Part shown: positions 8,970 through 16,670 of the stretch, piece by piece
Position numbering within the stretch: the stretch's first letter is position 1
Layout: the number at the start of each line of letters is the position of its first letter
Translations under genes and position numbers: made by a program
Notes under the pieces: generated by a model
What the model was told of the DNA's origin: nothing
The model's input: only the letters and a program-made list of their open reading frames with translations
Database searches by the model: none
Source of the DNA: a virus
Lineage: Duplodnaviria > Caudoviricetes
Virus record (IMG/VR): IMGVR_UViG_3300031949_000107
Location: 1-36,535 of that record
Strand: one strand, 5' to 3'
DNA: 36,535 bases

Positions 8970-9478
8970 GGCTAGAGTTAGGATGCGGCACGAAGCCCAC
9001 CGAAGGGTACGTTCACCACGATCGGTGGAAGCACAGTCCTCACGTGGACCTTGAATTTGACCTGGCCGATCTTCCGTGGCCCTTAGAGAGCGGCTCAGTG
9101 GATGAGATCCGGGCCTATGACGTTTTCGAGCACTTGGCCGTCGAGATTGAATTTCCCCTGGAGAGCGGGACCAGGTCCGTTTTCGTTCCGCTGCAGGTGC
9201 AGCAGTGGCTTGATGAATGCTGGCGGATACTGAAGCCCGGCGGGCTGCTCAACATGCGCCTGCCCGCGTACGACAACCCGTACAGCGACCGCGACCCTAC
9301 GCACCAGCGCGTGTTCCACCCGGAGTCGTTCCTCTACTGGTGCCCTGACGCATCCGGTACGGTGTGGAAGGAATTCGGGCGATTTTATTTCGGGCCGGGA
9401 TACAACAAGTGGTGGCATCAGGCAAAGGCCTCCAAGGACGACTCCAAGGACCTTGTCTTCTGTTTGGTGAAGCTGTGA
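8966..9478 (+). CDS. class I SAM-dependent methyltransferase
   Basis: LELGCG, D.....P....SVDEI....VFEHL, E.WRILKPGG, DPTH. Confidence 0.85.
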   Translation: MRLELGCGTKPTEGYVHHDRWKHSPHVDLEFDLADLPWPLESGSVDEIRAYDVFEHLAVEIEFPLESGTRSVFVPLQVQQWLDECWRILKPGGLLNMRLPAYDNPYSDRDPTHQRVFHPESFLYWCPDASGTVWKEFGRFYFGPGYNKWWHQAKASKDDSKDLVFCLVKL

Positions 9479-10230
9479 ACGATGTAGTCATTGTCCCGAC
9501 GCACGGCCGCCCGGAAATGCTTTTGCACTGTCTCGAACATCTTGAGGCCTGTCCCGACCTTGCGAATGCGGACGTTCGCATTGTGGTTGACCAGCACCAG
9601 CACAAGAGAATACCGGCGGCGGTGCACCACGAGACACTGGATGTGATTGCGGGGTTCACACACCGCGGCTGGAAATTAACGGTGCGCGACCGCCACTTCT
9701 ATTGGGGAAACAGCTTCAACGTGCTGACTGCCTACAAGGAATCATTCGCCGCCGGCCATCCACTCACGTTCCTCGTGGAGGATGACGTGATGGTGGAACC
9801 TGGATTCTTCGCATGGCATCGAGCGGTGCATGAATCCGAACAACTGTTCTGCTCGATAGCGTCCGCGAACACGAGGTCCGGCCAGCTGAGGACGAAGGAT
9901 GATTTTGCTTCTCTCGGCGTGTGCTTCCCGCTGGCGTCCCTGGGCCTGATCGTTCCTCACGCCCGCGTTGCGTACTTTATTAACATGGGCAAATATTGCG
10001 TGGACACCTTCGGCGGTGATAGTAAGCTGTTCTGTGAGCAGGACGGGTTGATTCTTAGGATCATGAAACAGGCCGGAGGAACGGCCCGCTATCCTGAGAC
10101 TCCACTCGCGCGGCATGTGGGGGATTACGGTTACAACCGTGGATTAGCAAACCAGCCGGGTGGCGACTTGCAAGCTCGCTACCGGGCCATAGGGGAAAGA
10201 ATACGTGATAAAACTTTCCGAGTTATCTGA
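9475..10230 (+). CDS. glycosyltransferase, GT-A-like
   Basis: VVIVPTHGRPE.L, VVD, FLVEDDV (DxD-like), EQDG, HVG.YG. GTG 9475 overlaps the upstream TGA (GTGA). Confidence 0.75.
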   Translation: MNDVVIVPTHGRPEMLLHCLEHLEACPDLANADVRIVVDQHQHKRIPAAVHHETLDVIAGFTHRGWKLTVRDRHFYWGNSFNVLTAYKESFAAGHPLTFLVEDDVMVEPGFFAWHRAVHESEQLFCSIASANTRSGQLRTKDDFASLGVCFPLASLGLIVPHARVAYFINMGKYCVDTFGGDSKLFCEQDGLILRIMKQAGGTARYPETPLARHVGDYGYNRGLANQPGGDLQARYRAIGERIRDKTFRVI

Positions 10231-10627
10231 CAAGTTCAGTCCGGAACCTATGAGCGGATGCTGGTTGTGGTTGCTGTGCTGTGACCGCGAGGGTTATGGC
10301 CGCATCAGCATCGGCGGGAAAAGGTCGCTCTATGCCCATCGTTTAATGTTTGAACTGGTGCGAGGACAGATTCCTCGCGGCTTGCAAATTGATCATCTGT
10401 GTCGCGTTCGCTCATGCGTAAATCCATCGCACATGGAGCTTGTTTCTTCTTGCGAGAACACGATGCGAGGACAGAATTTTGCTGCGATTCATGCGAGGAC
10501 AACGCATTGCCCGCGCGGACACGCGTACACGCTGACAAATACGTATATACCGCCAGGCAGGACTGACAGAAATTGCAGGCGTGCCGCCGGATCAGGAGAA
10601 CCCTGTAATGGCCGAAGGCGATGTTAA
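10205..10627 (+). CDS. HNH homing endonuclease (HNH_3 type), probable 1-nt frameshift near the 3' end
   Basis: GCWLW, GYG, AHR, IDHLCR.R.CVNP.H.E.V...EN, THCPRGH. Adding one G at about 10578 restores CRACRRIRRTL* ending in TAATG with the next gene. Confidence 0.85.
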   Translation: MIKLSELSDKFSPEPMSGCWLWLLCCDREGYGRISIGGKRSLYAHRLMFELVRGQIPRGLQIDHLCRVRSCVNPSHMELVSSCENTMRGQNFAAIHARTTHCPRGHAYTLTNTYIPPGRTDRNCRRAAGSGEPCNGRRRC

Positions 10628-11075
10628 GGTCAGCGGACTCAAGGAGCTTGGCGAAGTGATGCGCCTTGTACCTGAGAAGCTCGAGAAGCGCATCATCGGC
10701 GAAGCGACTCGGGCCGGGACCAAGGTTCTCGTGGAGGGCGTGCGCCGCCGGGCGCCGCGGCTCTCCGGAGAATTGGCGAGGAACATCACGGCAACCTTCA
10801 AAGTGTTTTTCGGCAAGGGCATAGCGGTCGCAAGAATTGGAGTCAGGTATCGCCGCATCCTCGCGGCATCGAGTCGCCGTCCAGGTCTGGTTCCGAGCAC
10901 TGAAGATCCTGGCGTGTACGCCCTATTCCTTGAGTTCGGGCGCCCGAACCGGAAGGGCCACACCTATCAAGCCGCGCAGCCATTCATGCGGCCCACCTTT
11001 GACCAGGATGCTGACGCTGCGGTTAAGGCGTTCGCCGCGAAGATCCGCGAACGCCTGGGGGATTTGGTCGGATGA
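10608..11075 (+). CDS. HK97 gp10-like neck / tail-completion protein
   Basis: V.GL.EL, AP..SG.L..NI, Y..FLEFG, AQPFMRP.FD. Start reassigned to ATG 10608. Confidence 0.9.
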   Translation: MAEGDVKVSGLKELGEVMRLVPEKLEKRIIGEATRAGTKVLVEGVRRRAPRLSGELARNITATFKVFFGKGIAVARIGVRYRRILAASSRRPGLVPSTEDPGVYALFLEFGRPNRKGHTYQAAQPFMRPTFDQDADAAVKAFAAKIRERLGDLVG

Positions 11076-11725
11076 TTGAGCGAGACCTGAGAGATTACAT
11101 GCTGTCCGACCCCGGCATCAGCGCCAAGGTCGGAACCCGCGTCCACCTGGAGCAGCTCCCGGAAATGACGCCGTACCCGGCGATTGCTTTCCAGCAGATC
11201 TCCGGTCCGCGCGAGCACACTCTGGGGGACGGCTACCCGACCGCCGCGACGCCGCGCTATCAGATCGGTTGCTTCGCCGTTACCTATGCGGCCTCCAAGG
11301 AACTGGCCCTGGCGGTTGAAGCGGCACTGGACGGGCATCTGGGTGAGCTCGTGCCGAGCTCACCCATCCAAGGCACGTTCGTGCTTGACGTGCACGACAT
11401 CTTTGAGCCGGTCCCCAGGGTCTTCATGTGCCCGGTTGACGTGATGCTATTCTTCAACCCGCCGGCGGGCCCGGTCCCAGGAGGGAACGTGAACATCTGG
11501 CAGCGGTACACGATCGGGGACGGCTTGACGGGTGCCATCAATGGCGTGAATCAGATCTTCACCGTGTCCGTGACCCCGGACCCGCGGACGGCCATCGTCG
11601 TCTTCAACGGACTCGTCATACTCAAGAGCCGGTACACGATCAACGGGAGCCAGTTCGTGCTCTCGTTCGCTCCGAAGGCAGCGGACGGTGACTTCGCGGC
11701 GGACACACTGGAGGTCTACTGCTGA
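11072..11725 (+). CDS. tail terminator (DUF3168 / gp17-like) with fused C-terminal beta domain
   Basis: L..D..I...VG.RV.....P.....PAI.F, R.QI...A..Y. Extra domain after the linker PPAGPVPGG. Confidence 0.8.
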   Translation: MIERDLRDYMLSDPGISAKVGTRVHLEQLPEMTPYPAIAFQQISGPREHTLGDGYPTAATPRYQIGCFAVTYAASKELALAVEAALDGHLGELVPSSPIQGTFVLDVHDIFEPVPRVFMCPVDVMLFFNPPAGPVPGGNVNIWQRYTIGDGLTGAINGVNQIFTVSVTPDPRTAIVVFNGLVILKSRYTINGSQFVLSFAPKAADGDFAADTLEVYC

Positions 11726-12186
11726 TGAGAAGAAAAGTCATCGCTCTCGGTTTCTTTCTTTGGCTGTTTTGGGTATCGCTTTTGCCTTGGGGGCGAACGC
11801 AGCAGGTGGACTACGAGACCCAGACGAAGAACAAGCCGCTGATGGCGTTCACGGTTGCATTCAAGTCGCCGACCACGCTCGACAGCGGCAAGGTGCAGTA
11901 TCAGTTTTCGAACAAGGCGACGGTCCGCCGGTTTAAGTGTTGGACGGATACTGGAACCGTGGACGTGAACTTCGACCTGCGCGCTGAGTCAACGCCGGAC
12001 ACCCCGGGCGCCAACTTGCTGCCCGGGGACCTTACGTGCGCCAATCCGCCGAACGCGGCGCAAGACGTGAGCGTGCCGGTCGCGGCGGGGCAGCTTTTGA
12101 ACTTGCAGGTAAACGGCGCGGCCGGGACGCCGGGGGTGGTGCGAATCTCGGTGTCGTACAAATTCTTCCAAGGAGCGAATCAATGA
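11725..12186 (+). CDS. signal-peptide/TM-bearing protein with fibre-tip-like beta-sandwich
   Basis: MRRK followed by hydrophobic VIALGFFLWLFWVSLL. The C-terminal pattern (V.AG..L.L.V......V.I.V.Y) resembles the C-terminal domain of the 26755 fibre. TGATG coupling to the upstream gene. Confidence 0.65.
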   Translation: MRRKVIALGFFLWLFWVSLLPWGRTQQVDYETQTKNKPLMAFTVAFKSPTTLDSGKVQYQFSNKATVRRFKCWTDTGTVDVNFDLRAESTPDTPGANLLPGDLTCANPPNAAQDVSVPVAAGQLLNLQVNGAAGTPGVVRISVSYKFFQGANQ

Positions 12187-12905
12187 ACAGCTTGAAGCGT
12201 TGGTCTTTCGTGTGCGCGATGTTCCTCGGGTTCATGAGCCTGGGGATGTACCAGATGAAGGAAAACCACGTCACCACGGCGACGCCGGCGGTTTCTGTGG
12301 GCCGCGGCCGGACAATTACCGAGAACCTGGGGACAAGCCACCCCGTCGAGCGGGTCCTGCACCACTGTCAGGCGTATCAGCGACACGATCCTCTGACCGG
12401 CGCCGGTCTGCCTCTGACGGATTCTGAGATCGCGCGCTGCCATGCGGACCCGCTCACAGAGTTCGGCCGGGAAGTCACCTATAACCTGCGGACGAACACG
12501 GGCGACGACTGGCAGGCGGAGCTCATGGGGAAGAATTCCGCGCCGACCACAAACCTTCAGTGCCAATACCTCGGCATGGCGATGGACACGTCCAACGCGG
12601 AAGTAGGGACGGTCGCGCAGACCGACGACTCCATCGAGGACTCCGGGACCGGCTCGACGGAGATCACGGCCAACGGCTTCTGGAACGGCGGCACAGCGCG
12701 CTGGCAGGCGACCTATAACCACACCGGTGGGACCTCGACGTACACGTCGCAGAAGGTCATCTCCGCTACGGGCACGCAGTCCAGCAACAAGTCCGGGCTA
12801 TTCACGGCGACCACGGCGGGGTTGATGTGCTTCGAGGCCCTGTTCACCAAGGCAACGGTGAACTCGGGAGACACACTCACGACGACCTGGACTATCAATT
12901 TTTAA
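12183..12905 (+). CDS. signal-peptide/TM-bearing virion fibre-anchor-like protein
   Basis: MNSLKR followed by hydrophobic WSFVCAMFLGFMSLG. Later N..TN.G...Y.G......D....EI...GLF.A...G....F....VN.GDTL..TW.I pattern typical of phage fibre/collar N-terminal domains. ATGA start at 12183. Confidence 0.65.
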   Translation: MNSLKRWSFVCAMFLGFMSLGMYQMKENHVTTATPAVSVGRGRTITENLGTSHPVERVLHHCQAYQRHDPLTGAGLPLTDSEIARCHADPLTEFGREVTYNLRTNTGDDWQAELMGKNSAPTTNLQCQYLGMAMDTSNAEVGTVAQTDDSIEDSGTGSTEITANGFWNGGTARWQATYNHTGGTSTYTSQKVISATGTQSSNKSGLFTATTAGLMCFEALFTKATVNSGDTLTTTWTINF

Positions 12906-12914
12906 CTATCATAC

Positions 12915-12953
12915 TTTAACCTTCTTACACTAAGATAGTGTATGGAGGTTAAA
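12915..12953 (+). promoter_or_regulatory. AT-rich hairpin sequestering the Shine-Dalgarno of the HNH gene
   Basis: TTTAACCTTCTTACACTA-aga-TAGTGTATGGAGGTTAAA. 16 of 18 pairs are Watson-Crick plus one G-U. GGAGG lies in the 3' arm and the ATG is at 12958. Confidence 0.8.
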
Positions 12954-12957
12954 CGCG

Positions 12958-13539
12958 ATGGAAGGTAACTGTGAGGTGTGCAGTACTTTCAGGAAGTGGC
13001 TTCACAAGCACCACGAAAAGCTGCAAGTCGAGGGAGGAAAGGATGAGGATGGCACCAGGCTCGTCTGCGCGAACTGCCACGAGGACATTCACGGCGGGCC
13101 ATGCGGTGGTGTCGAGCGGGGCAGAACGTCCTTGTCGCCATCGGCCAGGAAGAAAAAGGCAGTGGCTGCTGCTCGGCTGTGGAATGACCCAAAGTACCGG
13201 AAGAAGGTCGCGGCTGGACAACGGCGAGCCATCAAGAAGAAGGATTACAAGGCCATCGGCAGGAAGATCGCGGCGGCTTGGACGCCGGAGCGCAGGAAGG
13301 CGCATGCTAAGCTGCTGAGCAGGATCAAGCGGAAGCAGCTCGCCGGTCGCTGGTCCTTCAAGTACAAATGTTGTCGTAAGTGCAAAACCACTAAGGTCCC
13401 GCACAGGGGGAAAGGGTTCTGCGAGCGATGTTACATGCGCCGGTTCATGCGGGAGCAACACGCGGAAAGAGCGAAGAAGCTCTTCGCTTCTTCTCTTGCT
13501 TATCGTCGCTTGGCGGAGCCTGGGAAAAAGCTGCCATAA
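12958..13539 (+). CDS. HNH homing endonuclease with basic linker and C-terminal Cys zinc-finger
   Basis: CEVC...LHKHH.....GG.......VCANCH..IH. C-terminal C..C......H..KG.C..CY. Confidence 0.8.
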   Translation: MEGNCEVCSTFRKWLHKHHEKLQVEGGKDEDGTRLVCANCHEDIHGGPCGGVERGRTSLSPSARKKKAVAAARLWNDPKYRKKVAAGQRRAIKKKDYKAIGRKIAAAWTPERRKAHAKLLSRIKRKQLAGRWSFKYKCCRKCKTTKVPHRGKGFCERCYMRRFMREQHAERAKKLFASSLAYRRLAEPGKKLP

Positions 13540-15449
13540 CACTACTGGCGGTACTTGCCCTCGCGCTCTGTCTGTCGGAGGGCGCCGAAGCCGGCATCGC
13601 GCGCGCCGGGGCGAACTGCACCGGGACGACGAGCTGCACGCCGACCAACGCCGTAGGCGACCTGATGCTGGCGTGGGCCGTTCGCAACGGCAATCAGAAT
13701 ATTCCTACGGTTCCGTCCACTCCGGCGTGGACGACCCTTGGGACGGTAATTCAGAATGGCGCGGGGTCGAATGACAGCGCGGCGGTACTGGCGTGCTTCG
13801 TGTCGACCAGCTCGGACCAGGCCAGCGGCACGTTCACAAACGCCACCGGGCTCATCGTGATGGTGTACTCGGGGCAAAGCGGAGGCGCGGATTGCAGCGC
13901 CGGCGGCTCCATCATGGGCACGCCGGTCACGTACAACGCCGGCGCGAGCTCGACGACGGAGACGTTCAACGCTGTCACGAACGCCAACGGAAACTCCTGG
14001 GACGTGGGCTTCGGCTTCTGCCACGCGTGCACGGCGGGGATCGCCACGGCCCCGACCGGGATGGGGAACAGGTCGTCGATCGCCGGCCCTCCGGGGTTCG
14101 GCGGGCACGACACGAACGGCGCGGTGTCGTCGTTCAGCTCGGCCAACGTGACGCTGACAACGGCGGGCCGCATCCTGACCATGGTGGTTGAAATCAAGGC
14201 GTCGGCTGCGGCCGTGGCCAACATGACAGAGGATCTCAGCCCTTCGCAGAGCGTGGCTTCTGTGACGGCAGCACTCGCCAGCCTGACGGAAAATCAGGGC
14301 CCATCCTACACCCTGTCCACGGTGACTGCGGCTAGCGCGCTCCTCACCGAGAACCTCAACCCAGGAGACAGCGTGACGGCGCCGCGCGGTACGAACGCGG
14401 ACCTCACCGAGAACCTCAGTCCGTCTGATGAAGTTGCCAGCGTCACGGCGGCGACTGCCGGGTTGACCGAGAATCTGAGCCCGACGGACAGCGCGGCAGC
14501 GGTGACGGCGGCTAACGCTTTGCTGTCCGAAGATTTGAATCCCTCGCAGGATCTGGCGCGCGCCTGGGGCACCACGGCGAATCTTACTGAGAACCTTGGG
14601 CCCTCCGACACCGTGCTTTCGGCGACGGCCGCGTTCGCATCATTGACTGAGGACCTTTCTCCTGGGGATGCGGTGGCAGGAGTGACGGCTGCATTCGTGT
14701 CCCTCGTGGAGAACCTATCCGCGTCAGATTCTCCAACGGCCTCGACAGCGGCAAATGCTGCGCTGACTGAGAATCTTTCTCCAGGCGATACAGTTGCCGG
14801 TGTCACTGCCGCCTTCGCGGCCATCGTTGAGAACCTATCGCCCTCTGATTCATCGGCAGCCGTTACCGCTGCTAATGCTTCGATCATCGAGTCGTTGGGT
14901 CCTTCGGATTCCGCCGGCGTAGTAACAGCGGCGTTCGCCAACTTGACCGAGAACCTATCGCCATCAGACGTGGTGGCCGCCGTGACGGGAGCCTTTGCCG
15001 GGATCACCGAGACCCTTTCTCCCGGAGATAGCGTGACCGGGGTCGCGAGCGGCGGCGGTGGGCAGGCGTTCTTCGCCAATCTGACCGAGAGCCTGTCACC
15101 GAACGACACGGTCAACGCCCTAACCGGGGCTTTCGCTATTTTGACTGAGAACCTGTCGCCGTCAGATGCGGTCAACGCCGTGACCTCTGCTTTCGCAGCC
15201 CTTGTGGAGTCTCTTTCCCCTGGCGACAGTGCAGGGGCGGTCACGGCGGCCAACGCTCCGGTGACTGAGAATCTTGCTGGCGGCGATACCGTTGGTGCTC
15301 AGACGGCCGCGAACGCGTCCATCTCGGAGACTCATACCGCAGCCGACATGGTATCGGCAGTTGTGGGAGCGGCGGGCGAGGCGAAGGATTACATCATCAT
15401 CGGCTTCAAGAGATTTTCAAATCTGTTCAACAAATCAAAAGGGAGGTAA
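13428..15449 (+). CDS. signal-peptide-like, Ser/Thr/Ala-rich repeat fibre/surface protein (start uncertain)
   Basis: K-AAITLLAVLALALCL-SEGAEA|G has Sec signal architecture. It is followed by a Cys-containing beta domain (GDLMLAW...P....WTT...YSG) and 19 repeats of 20 aa. Confidence 0.75.
   Translation: MLHAPVHAGATRGKSEEALRFFSCLSSLGGAWEKAAITLLAVLALALCLSEGAEAGIARAGANCTGTTSCTPTNAVGDLMLAWAVRNGNQNIPTVPSTPAWTTLGTVIQNGAGSNDSAAVLACFVSTSSDQASGTFTNATGLIVMVYSGQSGGADCSAGGSIMGTPVTYNAGASSTTETFNAVTNANGNSWDVGFGFCHACTAGIATAPTGMGNRSSIAGPPGFGGHDTNGAVSSFSSANVTLTTAGRILTMVVEIKASAAAVANMTEDLSPSQSVASVTAALASLTENQGPSYTLSTVTAASALLTENLNPGDSVTAPRGTNADLTENLSPSDEVASVTAATAGLTENLSPTDSAAAVTAANALLSEDLNPSQDLARAWGTTANLTENLGPSDTVLSATAAFASLTEDLSPGDAVAGVTAAFVSLVENLSASDSPTASTAANAALTENLSPGDTVAGVTAAFAAIVENLSPSDSSAAVTAANASIIESLGPSDSAGVVTAAFANLTENLSPSDVVAAVTGAFAGITETLSPGDSVTGVASGGGGQAFFANLTESLSPNDTVNALTGAFAILTENLSPSDAVNAVTSAFAALVESLSPGDSAGAVTAANAPVTENLAGGDTVGAQTAANASISETHTAADMVSAVVGAAGEAKDYIIIGFKRFSNLFNKSKGR
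14217..15374 (+). repeat. 19 degenerate 60-bp tandem coding repeats (A-x-LTENLSP-[SG]-D-x-V-x2-VTAA-x)
   Basis: The period is visible in consecutive 60-nt lines 14221-15001. One 18-nt Gly-rich insertion (SGGGGQ region) lies in unit 14. Confidence 0.9.
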
Positions 15450-15454
15450 CTCAA

Positions 15455-15892
15455 ATGTCAGCAGGCAGCCAAGCAACACTCGGTTCGGCGACCAAGCTCA
15501 AGCAGGGCGACGCCGCCAGCCCCGAAGTTTTCACCACGGTGGCCGAAGTCCTGACGCTGGAGCGGTCAGGGCGCAAGATCGACCTCGTGGACGTCACCAA
15601 CATGGACTCGCCGGTGGACGGCGACCTCACCTGGCGCGAGTTCATCCACGGGCTGGCGGACGGCGGCGAGATCAAGTTCTCCGCCAACTACATCCCCGAC
15701 AATGTCTCGCAGCAAAACTTCACCAACTCGTTCGACGGCACACGGCGCAACTGGCAGATCGTGCTGCCGAACAGCCTGGGAACCTGGTCCTTCACCGGCT
15801 TCATCACGGCGGCGGATATGAAGTTCCCGATCGACAAGCAGATGGAGTTCTCCGGCACCATCAAGGTGACGGGAGCCGACACCTTCGCGTAA
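15455..15892 (+). CDS. tail tube (major tail) protein
   Basis: F..VAEV........D.VDVT..DS......EFI.GL.DGGE..F..N..P, F.G.I, IKVTG. SD GGAGG. Confidence 0.9.
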   Translation: MSAGSQATLGSATKLKQGDAASPEVFTTVAEVLTLERSGRKIDLVDVTNMDSPVDGDLTWREFIHGLADGGEIKFSANYIPDNVSQQNFTNSFDGTRRNWQIVLPNSLGTWSFTGFITAADMKFPIDKQMEFSGTIKVTGADTFA

Positions 15893-15917
15893 ACTACGCG
15901 CGAGCTGCCTTTAACTT

Positions 15918-15944
15918 GAGGGGGGAGCCAAAGCTCCCCCTCTC
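15918..15944 (+). terminator. GC-rich stem-loop after the tail tube gene (weak terminator or mRNA stabiliser)
   Basis: GAGGGGGGAGC-caaa-GCTCCCCCTCTC with no good U tract. Confidence 0.5.
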
Positions 15945-15968
15945 CCTTACCAAAGGAGAACCAGCAAC

Positions 15969-16346
15969 ATGAAAGACCCGACAGTAGAGAAGCATGTGAT
16001 CACCTTGAATGACGGCGTCGAGCGGACCCTGTTGTTCGATTACGAGGCTTGCGCGGCCATTGACGAGCTCTTTCCGGAAACCACGTCTCTGCTACCGAAG
16101 TTTTGGGCGACCATCAACGCCAAGAAGCTGCCCGTCATCATCTGGGCCGGCCTCGAGGACGCCTGCCACCGGGAGGAAGGCGGCAAGCCCGAAATCACTC
16201 TGGCCCTGGTCCGGAAGCTGATGAAGGGAATCCGTCCGCTGAAGCTTCTCAACGTCGCCGCGGAAGCATGGATGGGCGCGCTGCCGGAGGACGTTGAGGT
16301 CCCTACAAAGGCGCAAGTGGTCGAGGCCATCAAGCAGTTCCAGTAG
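15969..16346 (+). CDS. tail assembly chaperone (gpG-like)
   Basis: Lies between tube and tape measure. L.FD..A...I.E and IIWAGL motifs. SD AAGGAG. Confidence 0.8.
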   Translation: MKDPTVEKHVITLNDGVERTLLFDYEACAAIDELFPETTSLLPKFWATINAKKLPVIIWAGLEDACHREEGGKPEITLALVRKLMKGIRPLKLLNVAAEAWMGALPEDVEVPTKAQVVEAIKQFQ

Positions 16347-16663
16347 TCAAAGTCACCTGGCTTGATGTGTGGTCACTGGCGCGTTTTGATCTAGGACTCT
16401 CCGACCGAGAGTTCTGGAAGAGTACGCCACGGAAGCTCGATGCCATGGCCCGCCGCTCTGTCAAACGACAGCAGCAGGCCGACCAGCGCGCGGGCGTGTT
16501 GGCGGCGTTGATAGCCAACATCGTGCGCGAGAAGGGCCGCGTGCTCATGCCGGAAGATTTCTTCCCTAGCCTGAGTGCTGGCGAGGCCAAGGTTGTAGCC
16601 GAGACCCCGAATCAGATGAAGGAGTTCATCCAACTCTTCAGAGCATCCCGCAAGAAAGGGTAA
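16298..16663 (+). CDS. tail assembly chaperone gpT-like ORF, probably expressed by -1 frameshift from gpG
   Basis: The -1 frame is open from 16298 and encodes W..VW..AR.DLGLS..EFW..TPR. No SD-associated start is visible. Confidence 0.75.
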   Translation, partial: GPYKGASGRGHQAVPVVKVTWLDVWSLARFDLGLSDREFWKSTPRKLDAMARRSVKRQQQADQRAGVLAALIANIVREKGRVLMPEDFFPSLSAGEAKVVAETPNQMKEFIQLFRASRKKG

Positions 16664-16670
16664 CCCCACC

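Noticed and set aside
10156-10185. Imperfect hairpin just upstream of the first HNH ribosome-binding site
   Set aside because: It lies in GC-rich coding sequence and does not cover the SD, so it could be chance.
6102-10230. Cassette as a DNA hypermodification or O-antigen conversion system
   Set aside because: No base-modifying enzymes or membrane GtrA/GtrC-type genes are visible, and the cassette is coupled to late structural genes. This is disfavoured rather than excluded.
12906-13545. Group I intron carrying the HNH gene
   Set aside because: The upstream gene ends with its own stop and a complete-looking C-terminus, and there is no non-coding room for an intron core.
14217-15374. 60-bp periodicity as a possible CRISPR array or DGR repeat
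   Set aside because: The repeats are degenerate at third codon positions and conserved at the protein level. There is no repeat-spacer structure and no cas or reverse transcriptase gene in the window.
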